From the NCBI GenBank assembly GCA_002245135.1, contig NGBS01000300.1, forward strand, positions 1-64,000: a stretch of 64,000 nt of DNA, read 5' to 3'. The notes below the pieces were generated by a model. It was not told the origin of the DNA. It made no database searches and saw only the letters and a list, made by a program, of their open reading frames with translations. A program made the translations under genes and the position numbers. Positions 26,842 through 39,834 of the stretch are shown piece by piece. How positions within the stretch are numbered: the stretch's first letter is position 1; every line of letters starts with the position of its first letter. The stretch is from Proteromonas lacertae. Taxonomy: Eukaryota.

Positions 26842-27402
26842 TTTTTGTAATCTAACTAAAATAATTGCTAATCAAACGTATAATATTGAATCCGTAGACT
26901 ATTTCAATATGTAGTTACGAAGATATAGAAGTGTTTAAGTCAAATCAAACTTTTTCTTTTAAGTTGATTTTTGTAGTTACTATTGATTTGTTAAGCTAAT
27001 TAACCATTACAAATTAAAATATGAAATATCATCATTCTGCATAAAACATATTAAATAAAACTGTCTGCAAAATGAGCTAATTCGAGTGTGCTTACAGTAT
27101 AGTTTTATGTACTAGTAAATTGACGTTAAATATAAATAAATTAGTGAAAATAAGTATTAATTGCTTTAGGAATTTTTACAATAGTTGTGTGCGAATAAAA
27201 TTGATGGAATTTGATGATATACATAGGCATATTTTATGATAATGATATTTTAAAAGCTAAAAATAAGCAATTTTGGTAATCTAGTGATGAGAAAAATGAT
27301 AAAACTAATATGAAACGAATCTATTTCTATAAAATAAAACAAAGATAATAAAACAAAGAAAACACTTAATAATAATAATAATAACAATAACAACAATACA
27401 GT

Positions 27403-29340
27403 CTAATCTTCAGCAAGGTTTCTAATTGCAGTTTCTATGTTACTACATAAATCATTCACTTTCTTTTCTAACTCTTCTCTTGGTTGACGAGGTATTTCAA
27501 ACTTCAAAGATGTTAATTGATAAATCAATTGAGTTAATGAGTTTTTGATATGAGCATAAGTTAATTGTTTACCATTTGCAGCACATTCGTTCATAAAGTG
27601 ATCACATGTGTTGTAGAAGTGACAAATAGCTTTCATCATCAATACAGATTTAAATAATGGACAATTATAATCATAATCACTGAAAGCATTTTGTTGTAAG
27701 AAATCTTCTCGAATAATCTTAGCAACTTCCAATATCAACTTTTGTCCTTCAGATAATGCATCTCTTCCTACTAATTGTACAATAGCGGTTAAACTTTCTT
27801 CTTCTTGTAAGATTTCTTTGAATTTAGCTTGCATCTTAGTAAAATCAGTAAACTGTGCATCAAAATATGGTTGTAAATTTCGATCATAATTTGAATAACT
27901 AATCAACCAATTAATTGAAGGGAAATGTTTACGTTGAGCTAATTTCTTATCTAATCCCCAGAATACTTGTACAATACTCAAAGTAGCTCTAGTAACAGGA
28001 TCACTGAAATCACCACCAGGTGGACTAACAGCACCAACCACAGTAACACTACCTTTTCTCTCAGGACTTCCTAATAATGTGCATTTTCCAGCTCTTTCAT
28101 AAAATGCAGCTAATCTAGCAGATAAATAAGCAGGATATCCATTATCAGCTGGCATTTCACCTAATCTTCCAGATATTTCTCTAAGTGCTTCAGCCCATCT
28201 TGATGTACTATCAGCCATCATAGCTACATTCTTACCCATATCTCTGAAATACTCAGCCATTGTTATACCAGTGTAAATGGAAGCTTCTCTTGCTGCTACA
28301 GGCATGTTGGATGTATTAGCAACTAAACAAGTTCTTTGCATAATGCCAATCTCTTTACCATCTTTAGTGATCTTTAATTCAGGGAAATCAGCTAAGACTT
28401 CTGCCATTTCATTACCTCTTTCACCACAACCTACATATATAACACAATCACAGTTTGAATATTTGGATAAAGCTTGAGAAATAACGGTTTTACCACATCC
28501 AAAAGCACCTGGTACGGAACAAGTACCACCCAAAACACTGGGGAATAACGTATCAATGACTCTCTGACCTGTAACTAATGATTCTGTTGCTGCTAATTTC
28601 TCGACTACTGGTCTTGGCTTACGAACAGGCCAGAAATGAGAAAGTGTTAATTTTTTGATTTCTCCTGAAGTTGTATCTTGCACTTCTAACACTGTATCAC
28701 TTAATTTGAATTCTTCATGACCATCAGTATCTCGACCATATACTTTCACTACATTACCTGAGATATGAGGTGGACACATTATCATATGATTGGGCATTAA
28801 CTCATTTTCATAGACTGAACCGAATATATCACCACCAGATATTGGATCTCCTTCTTTGAAGTGTAAGGGAGTATATTGCCACATACGATCACTATTGTTA
28901 TTATAATTTAATATATATACTGATCTAATGCTGGAATATCTGAGCCTCTTGGAATAAAAGGTGATTTTGATTGTTTTGAAATACCTTCTAAAGGTCTTTG
29001 AATACCATCAAAAATATTGGACATTATTCCAGGTCCTAATTCTACAGACAATGGTTGTTTCTTTCTTAATACTGGATCTCCTACTGTAAGACCAGCTAAT
29101 ATATTATAGAAGCAAAAATCTATACCAGTATCTTCGTAGCATTGAATAGAAGCAGTATCACCTTCCAATTTAATAATCTCACCGACCAATTTCTCGTATC
29201 CTACTCTTACTAATTCATACATAGCTGCACCCATCATATGTTCAGCAACAACCACTACGAATGGCATAAATGAAAATATTTATTATACATGGACCAGCGA
29301 CTTTCAATACATATCCAAAATCACTTTCTTTTTGTTCCAT
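27403..29340 (-). CDS. ATP6V1A: V-type H+-ATPase catalytic subunit A
   Basis: [55 protein letters not shown]; 3 introns (34, 30, 29 nt). Confidence 0.98.
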
Positions 29341-29478
29341 TTTAGCAAGATAATTTTTATGGATTCAAGTTTCAATCAAATCTTTTGTTTTTCACACACC
29401 CATTTTATCATTTTTGAATAAATAGGGGTTTTAAAAACTTGAGAAAAGAGTTTGAAATAATCGTTTCTTTTTATAAAA

Positions 29479-30928
29479 ATGCCTGGAAAGAAAGGTAAGA
29501 AGGGTCGAAAGAAGAAGAAGACACCAGAAGAGATACAGAAAGAACTAGAAGAACAACGAAGGGTGCAGCTGATGGTAGTAGCCACAAAATTAGAACATGA
29601 TATAGCTATAGAAGATAGAGATTTTAATGAATTTCAACAACAGAGAGTATGCATTTAGATTATAATTAATATAGGAAAAACTGAACTATTTTTGGATTGT
29701 AGCAAAAAAAGAGTTAGAAGATTATCAAACAATAAAAAGAAATAAAGAAAGAGAATTACAGGATTTAAAAGAAAGAAATGAGGTTGAAATAAAATCATAT
29801 AAAAATAGAGTAAAACATTTGTTGTATGAACAACAGTCTACAGTAACAGAACATTATATAGATTCAGAATTAACATTAAAACAATTACAAGACAAACATA
29901 GAGAAGAAGAAGAACATTTGAAACGAGATATTCACGATTTACAACTTCAATTGAAAGAAATGGAATTAAATCATGAAGATTATTTAAAAACACTTAAACA
30001 AGAACAAGATAGACAAATTACAGAAGCTAGACAAGAAGTAGAGAGAAAATCAAAAGAATATAATCAAAAATATGAAAAAATGGCAAAAGATCTAAGAGAG
30101 CAATTAGAAGCAAGAAGAAAAGAGGATGTATCAAGAATAGAACAAAGAAAAAACAACCATATTGCAGATTTAATGAAATCTCATGAAAAAGCCTTTGCTG
30201 AGATTAAAAACTATTATAATGATATTACACACAATAATTTAGATCTTATAAAGAGCTTAAAAGAAGAAGTAGCTGCTTTGAAGAAGAAAGAAGCTCAAGA
30301 TGAAAAAATGATGTATGAAATCGCTCAAGAGAATAAAAACATGGCAGAACCATTATCTAAAGCATTAGAAGATGTAAAAATATTACGAGCTAAGCTTGAA
30401 CAGTATAATAAAGATAAATTGAAATTAAAAGAGAATCAAGCTTTGTTAGCTAAGAAGGAAGCAATATTAGCAAAGAATGATTGGGAACATGAAGTATTAT
30501 TACAGAGGTATGAGCATTTAAAGAAAGATAAAGATAGATTATTTGATGCTTTCCAAGATGCTATATATGATGTTCATCAGAAGAGTGGATTGAAGAATTT
30601 GCTGTTAGAAAAGAAATTAAATGCTCTAAAGGATGAGCTGATAAAGAAAGAAGCTCAATTGAATGAAGTATTAGTACAAGCATCATTAGATAATAGTGTT
30701 TTTGGCACAATTACTAGAAAATTAGATGATGTTGTGGAAGTAAAAAATCAAATGATTAGGGATCTTCAAGCCGAATTGGAGAGAGTTATTAGGTTACATA
30801 ATCATGCAATTGAAACATATGAAGGAAGATTGCTTGATTATGCCATTCCTGTTGAAGAGTTAGGATTTAGACCTCGTTTAGCTAATTTGCCACAGATTCA
30901 ACTAATTCCTCCTTCACAAACTAAATAA
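29479..30928 (+). CDS. GAS8: Dynein regulatory complex subunit 4 (GAS8/trypanin)
   Basis: MPGKKGKKG..., EKLNYFW, RVKHLLYEQ, HEKAFAEIKNYYNDITHNNLDLIKSLKE, IPVEELGFRP; one intron. Confidence 0.92.
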
Positions 30929-31052
30929 TTTTTATGTAATAAACTTTTTATTATCATTATAATTATTTGTTGGTGTTGTTACTAAACATACAAGAAGAAA
31001 TAAAACAAAAAGCAAAATAAATAACTCAAGCCAAATATTTTATTTATTAAAA

Positions 31053-34000
31053 ATGAGTGATTTTGTAAGATTTGACCATAAAGAGGATAATGTGATAAAG
31101 GTAATTGGAAGCGGTACATATGGTACGGTGGCAAAAGTGAAAAATAGTGGCTATATTTATGCTAGAAAATCAATGATTGTGATGAACAATATAAATGATA
31201 TTATTAATGAATTGGCTATTCTCAAATCACTGAAACATAAGAATATAGTAGCTTATTATGGATATAGCGATGATAAAACAGAAAATAGGTTTTATATTTA
31301 CACTAGATATTACGAGAAAGGTGATTTATTTGATTTGATTGATAATCGTAGTAAAAGTGATTTTCCTGATGATCAGTTGTTAAAATATATGATTGACTTG
31401 GTGAATGGATTGATTTACATTCATCAAAAGAATTTAATCCACAGGGATTTAAAGTCACCAAATATTTTTATAGGAAATGATGATGAATTGGTGATTGGTG
31501 ATTTTGGTTTAACTAATAACTCTAATAATACTGATGATAGAGTTGTTGGAACATTTAAATATATTGCTCCAGAAATATGGGATTCTCATCCTCCAAAATA
31601 TACTACATATACAGATATATATGCATTAGGATGTATTTTCTATGAATTATATACATTGAGATTGTTGCATCAAGGTGAGAATAAAAAAGAAATTAGAGCA
31701 GATATATTAGATGATAATAAAACAATTTGTTATGAGAGAAATGATAAACCACGAATCGAGAGATTAGAAAGTGTAATTAAGAAGATGTTGTCTTATATTG
31801 CTGAGGAGAGAGGATCTTTAGATGAAATTCGAAATGAACTTATTTCAATAAAATCAGAAATTATAACAACATCATCAATAAATCCAACTGACACAAAACT
31901 TACAGCTAATAATAATGAAACTTCCACTTTATCACATTCAAATCAAGATTCAAGTGTATCAACATCTTTACTATCTACTCATAATAATCACTTATCATTA
32001 ATAGTATATAAACATTATAGAATTATTCTATATAGTTGAATTTCTATTTAGAAAATGGAACATTGAAAGAAAAGACATTAAATGAGATAAGTGATATGAC
32101 AACTGAAGAATTTTCATCATATTGGGATGATGATTTATTATTTGTATATATATTAATTGATAATATAATTTTGTAGACATTATTTCCTGAAGTTGATCAA
32201 AAAGAAACTCAATTTACCGAAGAAGACTTAGAGACACTCAAATTAGGAAAAAGAAAATTCCAATCTCAACTACAGAATATAATTAACAATCTAAAGAATA
32301 TGCCAAGCAAGAAATATGAAGAATATGAAGATCGAATTGTAAAATTCTTATCATCAATTGAAAAATCACTTGATTCATCTTCATATGATACAAACACTCA
32401 ATCTTATGATAATACTAGTGGTTCTTGTAATTATAATTCTCTAATTGTATATAAATAATCAAATAATTTGAATAGTTGAATATATATCTACAAAATGGAG
32501 GAATAAAAGGAAAGACATTAAATGAAATAAGTGAAATGAGTATAGAAGAGTTAGACTCATTTTGGGATGATGAATTATTTTGTGTATTTAATAAAATAAT
32601 TGTACATAAATAGTTTTTTTTTCCTTCAATTAATCAAGATAATCCTCCATATACTAAAGATGATGCAAATATACTCGAATCTGAAAAAAGTAAATTTCAT
32701 CCTCAATTACAGAAAATGATTAATTATCTTCTGAATTTACCTAAAGTAAATCAAGAAGAGTATAAAGATAGAATTATAATTTTCTTATCATCAATTGATG
32801 AAACATTTGATCATTTCATGTTATCTATTGTATAAATAATATCTATATTCATTTAGGTGGATTTTTATTTGAATAATGCATGTGTGAAGGGTATAACAAT
32901 AAAAGAATATAGTGAAATGACAGAAATTGAGTTTGTTAGAAAATGGGAAGATTATCTTTTGAATGTATATTTTTATAATCTTTAAATTACTAGTGGTTTT
33001 TCCCTCAAATTGGTCAAGATTATCCAGTTTGTACTTATAAAGACTTAATGAAATTGAATGAAAATATAAAAATAATTCAACCAATTATTTTTAAATTGAT
33101 CTTGTTAGTGATTAATGTATATGGTTTTGGTTATAATACCGAAACAGAAACAATAAATAATAATTGTTCAAAAAATTACACTTTTAATATCATGAAAAGA
33201 GATTTCGTAAGAATAGGCAATTTTTTGATGAAAGTGGCATACAATGATTCTGCTGATTTATTTTGTAAAGTTATGAAAAAAATTAATGAAAAAATCGAAA
33301 TAAATCCTGTATATGTATATAAATTATATTGAATAGATTATGGTAGTAAATTATTTGTCTTCATATAGTGACAATACGACTACAACTACAACTTCACCTG
33401 AAACAATATCTGATAAATATTCTGTTGGATGTGCTTTTGGTATTAGTAATATATATTGTGGTGTATATGAAAATGAAAAATGTGAAATACTTTCACTTGA
33501 TGGTATAAAGAACAATTTGAGGAATATTGTATATTTCAGTCCAAAATCATGTCAAGTATTAGCTGGTGAACAAGCAAGATGCCATATTAATGAATCAAAT
33601 CAATGCATTTATGATTTTAACAGAATAATTGAGTTAGAATATGATAGTAATGAAGTTATTAAAATGAAAGAAAGATTCAATATAATAGATAAAAATAACA
33701 AGCCAATTTTCAAGGTAGAGTATTCAAATAGTATGTATGATTTATCTCCTTCAGATATAATCTCTGAAATACTTGTTTATATCTATAGAAGTTTAAAAAA
33801 ACATTTCAATTCTAAACCAGATGATAAATTCAATGTTGTTGTTGCAGTTCCTTTGTTTTATAGTGAAAGACAAAGAAATGAAGTAAAGCTAATATTTCAA
33901 AAGCAATTTCATAAATCAAATATAACTGTTATTCCTGATTTTTCATCAATAGTTATTGGTTATATCTATAATAACGAAAAACAAGAAGAAATAGCTAAAA

Positions 34001-34603
34001 TGAAAGAAGAAATAGTATTAGTGTATGATTTTGGTGAATCTACATTTAAAGTAAGCTTAGTAAAGGTGAATTATGAAAATAAAATTATAAAATTACTAGA
34101 AAAAGAATGTGATATGGATTTAGGAGGAAAAAATATTGATGAATGTATAATGAACAATTACATTTGCAAATATTTGTGTGTAGATGGTACAGATATAGAT
34201 TCAAACAAAATGAATGAATTAAAAGACGAATGTAAAAAAGTAAAATATTTATTAAGTTCAAAAGAATGTGAATCTGCAGAATTGAACTGTGAATGGTTAA
34301 AATGTAGTGGTATAGATTGTAAATTACAAAGAAATGAATTTGATGAAATGTGTGATGATATTTATGTTAAAACTATGAAATATGTTGATGATATAATTGA
34401 AAAATCACATTTTTCTCAAGAATCTATTTCAACAGTCATTTTAGTGGGAGGTTCAAAGTAAGATTATGAAAATAAGAAATTTGATGAGTGAAAAATTCAT
34501 TCATTCTAAAATCATGTATGATATTGAAAATGATGAATTGAATATAGCAGGGTGTATTGCCTATGGAAATATAACAAATTATAAGTTTATAATTGAAGAA
34601 TAA
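31053..34603 (+). CDS. Active NEK-like kinase + three OGFr-like repeats + HSP70-like ATPase domain (single spliced gene)
   Basis: GSGTYG, HRDLKSPN, DFG, APE; seven phase-0 introns (32004-32035 to 33309-33336) keep one reading frame; VYDFG, DLGGKNID, ILVGGS HSP70 motifs; 1-nt insertion at ~34456. Confidence 0.75.
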
Positions 34604-34901
34604 GATTTATAGTCATTGATATTATTATTTTGTTACTATTGCTCCTACAAAAAATGAAACTGATATAAAATAAGAGAAAAACGAGGGGAAAAAAAGAAAA
34701 TAGAGTAAATAACAATTCCATAACTTTTTATTCCATAAGAAAATTTCTAACAAGTATTTATACTGCATTACTGTATAATCTGAATGTAAGTCATGTTTGT
34801 GCGTCAAAAATCGAAAAATAAAAGTCAAACGAATATTCGAGCCTATATTTATCTTGATACTGAAATTTTATGTTAATGATTAATTAGAACAATTTTCATA
34901 A

Positions 34902-36344
34902 ATGCAAATGAATAGAAACACAAAAAGAAGAGAAAATAATAGGTTAATACCATCTCCAATAGGTGAATCAAAAGTATTAGTTAGTACGTTGAATATATCT
35001 AATATTAAACCAAAGAATGTTTTAAATTTCCTTCAAAACATTTATATTATCAACAGGCTAAGGTTGAAGAACATATTACCTTCAACTATCATAGCTCTAT
35101 CTCCAAGGTCTTTATCAATAGAACAAGGAATGTTGAAATCGAATTTATACTTTATAGCCAATAGTAAAAATCCAAATGTTATGTATTTTCAACAGATTTG
35201 TGAAATTCTTCACCGTTTTCATTCTGTGAATTATATTAGTGGTAATTTAAAACCTTCAAATATATTATTCAGTAAATGTGGAGATATTTATATAAGTGAT
35301 TATTTCTTAAATGACATTAGAGAAAAAAGAATTATTAATTATCCAAATATAAGAAAATATTTAAGTCCTGAGCAAATAGAAGGTAAAAAAACAACGTTCT
35401 CTAGTGATATTTGGTCATTGGGAATGATATTGTACTTTATATGTGAAAGAAAAGAATATAACAACATAAGAAATGATAGAATAAAACTAACAAATAGCAG
35501 TTACAAACAATATGAGTATTTAATTAATAGAATGATGAGAATTAATCCATTAGAAAGAATATCACTAGATGAAATATTATTAATAATTAGAAAAAATGAA
35601 TTAAAAGACGATCAATGGATTTGTAACCCTAAGATGTTTGAATTTATAAAAGAGAATGCTTATATATTATATTATGAATATTATCATAGACTTGATTATA
35701 TGTTAAGAACTAAAATTGATTATAGATTGATGGATAATGATAATACTGAATTAAATTTTGAATGGAGTATATATATATATTATTTATTTTATAGATGATA
35801 TTGGAGATGTAGGATGTGAATATTTAAATGATCATATTAGATCATTTACATCAATAACAAATCTAAATTTATGGGCAAATGTAATATCCGATAATGGAGT
35901 ATATTATATTAATTTAACTTATTTTAATAATTTACAGTATGTAAATTTAGGCTGTATATAATATAAATGATTATAATAATAGCGAATAGAATAAGTGATA
36001 TTGGCTTGAATTATATTGTAAATCAATTTAAAATTATTCCAAAATTAATTCAATTAAATATTTGTCGTATAATAAAACAATATTATTTATTATAAATAGA
36101 GAATATGATTAGTGACAATGGCGTTGTTGAATTATCAAATCATTTCACAGATATAACTAGATTAAAAAGATTGGATATAAGTTGTAATTCAATAACTGAA
36201 TATGGAATAATGTATTTATCTCACCATATTACAGTATGTTCAACATTAAACACATTATATATATATGGTAATAAGATAAAGAATTTTGATAAAGTGAAGA
36301 AGAAGATAAAATCAATGCAACCTAATCAACAACTAAAGATTTAA
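34902..36344 (+). CDS. NEK-like pseudokinase with RNI-like LRRs
   Basis: SGNLKPSNIL, ISDY, SPE, SDIWSLG; LRRs separated by three phase-1 introns. Confidence 0.8.
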
Positions 36345-36372
36345 ATAATAAATATTTATATTTTTATACTAT

Positions 36373-37791
36373 TTATTTTGGTTGTATTTTAGCATCACTA
36401 GGTGATTTTGTTATTCTTCTTAAAACATAACTAAAAAGAGTTAGTGTTATGGATAAAGATATCTTAATTATATACATTATAGAATATATATTTACAAAAG
36501 TAATTATCATTGATATTGCGGATATTATATACATACATGTCATTATAAAATCAGAAAAACAATTACAGCAACATGAAAAGTATACTAATAATATACAAAA
36601 ATATCCAACTATAGTATTTAAAGCTGATATTAAAAGACCAATAAGATGAATCCATTTCAGCCATGATAGACGTTTATATACTTCTCTATCTGATAATAAA
36701 TATAAAATAACAACAGTTAATGACTGAAAAAAACATAGCATAGATAGAAATTTTGCTACATATGTTAATCTACAGCAACAACATTTTTTATTTGTAATTA
36801 TTTCTTTTTTCTCTTCTTTTCTGTCATTATCTATATTATCTCTTTTATTTCCTCCTTCTTCTAATGTTTGTGGTTGTATGTCACTGTTCTTTCTTTCATC
36901 TTGTACCTCCTCGTTAGAATACACGATTTGATCTATTATCGGGTTTTCATCTACTTGTACAGGTATATATGGTTTATTTATATCTTCTACTTCTACAATA
37001 AATTCACCTATCGATAATCTATTATTAGGTTTAAGTGCTAATAGTTTTTCTAATAATGAATTTAATTGTTCATTATTCTCACAATCTAGTTTAGTATATT
37101 CACATCTTAAGATTTTAAGTTTTATCTCATTTGCTGACTCTCCTTCAAATACTCTCTTTCCACTCAATAAATAGTATATTAAACAACCAATTGACCAAAT
37201 GTCACTCTTTTCTGTCATTTTTTCATTTTTTAACATTTCTGGGCTTAACCAACAAATTTCATTTATTCCTATCTTCATATCTTTAGCTAATATATTACAA
37301 AAATAATCACTTAAATAAAAATCACATTTATCACTCACTAATATATTTGAAGGTTTTAAATTTCCATAAACCAATCCGTTCTCATGAAATACACTAATGC
37401 AATAATAAATAATTGTTAATATGTCTTCTATCCCTGTTTCTTTAAAAAAACTAATTGGATCCATATTTTCTAAATTATCAGATAAGCGTGACAATTTAAT
37501 AAACATATTAATTTTATTTTCTTTGATATCTTCGACTTTACATAGGTGTAGATTCTCATCAACTACAACAAACTCATTTATTATCTTTATACTATTCATA
37601 AATCTGTCTTTATTTTCTTTATTTATTTTATTGATGTTATATATTTTTATTACCTTCATTTTGTTACTTAGATCATCCTTTACTGAAACGCTGGAGCAAT
37701 ATTCTCTACGAGATAGTACTTTGATATACTATGAAATGTGATGTAATATTTATACAGAGTATCCTTCAAGTCTAAATAAACCATTACTCAT
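36373..37791 (-). CDS. NEK-like pseudokinase with C-terminal 4-TM module
   Basis: YGNLKPSNIL, LSDY, SDIWSIGCLIYYLLSG; intron after codon 12; CCCC then four hydrophobic segments. Confidence 0.8.
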
Positions 37792-38145
37792 TCTTCCAAC
37801 TTACAGTTAAACGGATATATTTTTATTATATATTTTTATTGAGGGAATAAACTTAGCAGTATATTTTTATTAGAGATAGATATTAACATCTGAACAATCG
37901 CTGCAGCGTAAAACTAAAACACAAGAGATTGGTTTAGATACTACCAATATGAGATATGTGATAAATATAATATCTATTTCTTCTTCCACCCTTTTCTTTC
38001 TTTTCTTAATTGCTTATATCTTTGTATCCAATATATATTTTACAAATATTATGCGTATTATACCGAATCTTCAGATATATTAACTTGATTTAACTACAGT
38101 TAATAGGAATAATGCCTAAGCAAATATGCAGATATGTAATTATCA

Positions 38146-38396
38146 CTATTTCACATTAACTATTACATATAAATATTCATTTGCAGTAAATTAATCACTT
38201 TCGCACACACAATTGAGATTGAAGATAGATTCAGTTATTTTACACAATTATCCTGGTCTATTGTAACAGATTAAACACAGTATAAATATTTTACCAAGAA
38301 AATATAACACTATTCATTCAGTTTAACAAAATGTAAATTATAGTCGTTTCATATATCACATCAAGCTTTTTACTTTTACTTTTTCATTTATTTCAT
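38146..38396 (+). repeat. ~250-bp direct repeat, copy 1
   Basis: Aligns collinearly with 39576-39829 (CTATTTCACATTAACTATTACA...TCAAGCTTTT...TTATTTCAT). Confidence 0.9.
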
Positions 38397-38464
38397 CACA
38401 TACAGTTAATATATAAAATGTAATATAAAATCAATCAATAATTATTAATAGCGAAGAGGATAAA

Positions 38465-39570
38465 TCAAATTTCATGGTGTATTTTTTCTGGTGAAACTTT
38501 TATCATTCCACACCACAGACATACACAATCTAGTTTCACCTTTGTTTCTTTACATAATATACAACTGAAACAAAACAAAACAACTGATATTAATAGTTTA
38601 TTAATATCTACAACAGAATATGAATTCACAATGACAGAAAATGGTAAAGATGCTATTGAAAAAAACAACATACATACTACTATCATTCTCACATAAGCTA
38701 TCCAATTATCATAACAACGTGACGTACAAACAAATGCAATTGCAGTAAATGCCAAAACTGAATCAACAATTGATATTATTATAGCTGCTAGTTTTACCCA
38801 TTTAAATGATGATGAATCTGCATTTAATTTTTTATTTGTATTGACATATAAAAATATTAGAGCCAATGATTCAATGAAATACAACACTAATACCAATTTT
38901 ATTACATTTGGATATTCAGTAGAATCTCTTTTCGTTATTACAAAACAATATTTCTTATTCTTTTCTATCATTTCTTTGTTATGTAATACTTTTTTCTTTC
39001 TTTCGATGATTTTTGAAACATCTTTCAATGCATCTTTATAATTCTTTTTTATCCAACTACTTGAAAATATCATTACTATATTTTTAACTACACTACTTCC
39101 GCCTATATAAATATGATGATGATTTATAATTACTTCACTTCTACCATTCACTTCAAAAAATTCGTTAGTTGTATTATCTGGTAATATATAATAAGGATAT
39201 TCTACAAATCCATTTGCTTTAGCATAATCAACAGTAATTACATCTCTACAAATATGATATAACTCTTCTTCTTCTTTTATTGTCCATTTTCTCATTTCTT
39301 TGTATTTAGTATATTTTTTCCATTTTGGATATTCCTTTATGAATTTAGAAACAGCACTAAAACAATTCAGGTAGTACATTAACCTATTCCTGCAATAATC
39401 ATCAATTTTTCTAATACTTGGCATATCTTCAACATCAACATAATTTTCTACTGCTACGGAAGTATTTGAGCTATCTAAATCAACTAAAGTCATGAATTTC
39501 ACTCTACTGTAGAATTCTGGTTTGTCAAAAAAATGGGGTATGAAAAAGATATAAAATGATAAAAATTCAT
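38465..39570 (-). CDS. Hypothetical protein with C-terminal 4-TM module homologous to that of 36373-37791
   Basis: 345-aa ORF with four hydrophobic segments; start uncertain (ATG 39493, or AAAAATG at 39570 via an intron or indel). Confidence 0.65.
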
Positions 39571-39575
39571 TTTTT

Positions 39576-39829
39576 CTATTTCACATTAACTATTACATTT
39601 AAACATTCATTTGTAGTAAATTAATCACTTTCACACACACAATTGAGATTGAAGAAATATTCAGTTATTCTACACAATTATTCTATTCCACAGTAACATA
39701 CTAAACGCAATTTAAATATTCTACCAAGAAAATATAATGCCATTCATTCAGTTAAACAAAATGAAAATTATAGTCGTTTCATATATCAAATCAAGCTTTT
39801 ATCATTTTTCATTTTTTCTTTTATTTCAT
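39576..39829 (+). repeat. ~250-bp direct repeat, copy 2 (fills the divergent intergenic region)
   Basis: Aligns with 38146-38396; ends 5 nt before ATG 39835. Confidence 0.9.
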
Positions 39830-39834
39830 TAGAT

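Noticed and set aside
26842..27402. ncRNA or tRNA in longer intergenic gaps (also 6200-6670, 13700-14080, 50620-51110)
   Set aside because: No GC-rich stems or tRNA/snRNA signatures recognisable by eye; an Infernal/tRNAscan run would be needed
27403..29340. Intein in V-ATPase A
   Set aside because: The sequence is continuous through [11 protein letters not shown] with no insertion
37860..38140. Possible decayed 4-TM gene beside repeat copy 1
   Set aside because: Only vague hydrophobic and Cys-containing fragments; no convincing alignment by eye
38146..39829. LTR retroelement
   Set aside because: No gag/RT/integrase motifs, TG..CA termini, primer-binding site or target-site duplication visible
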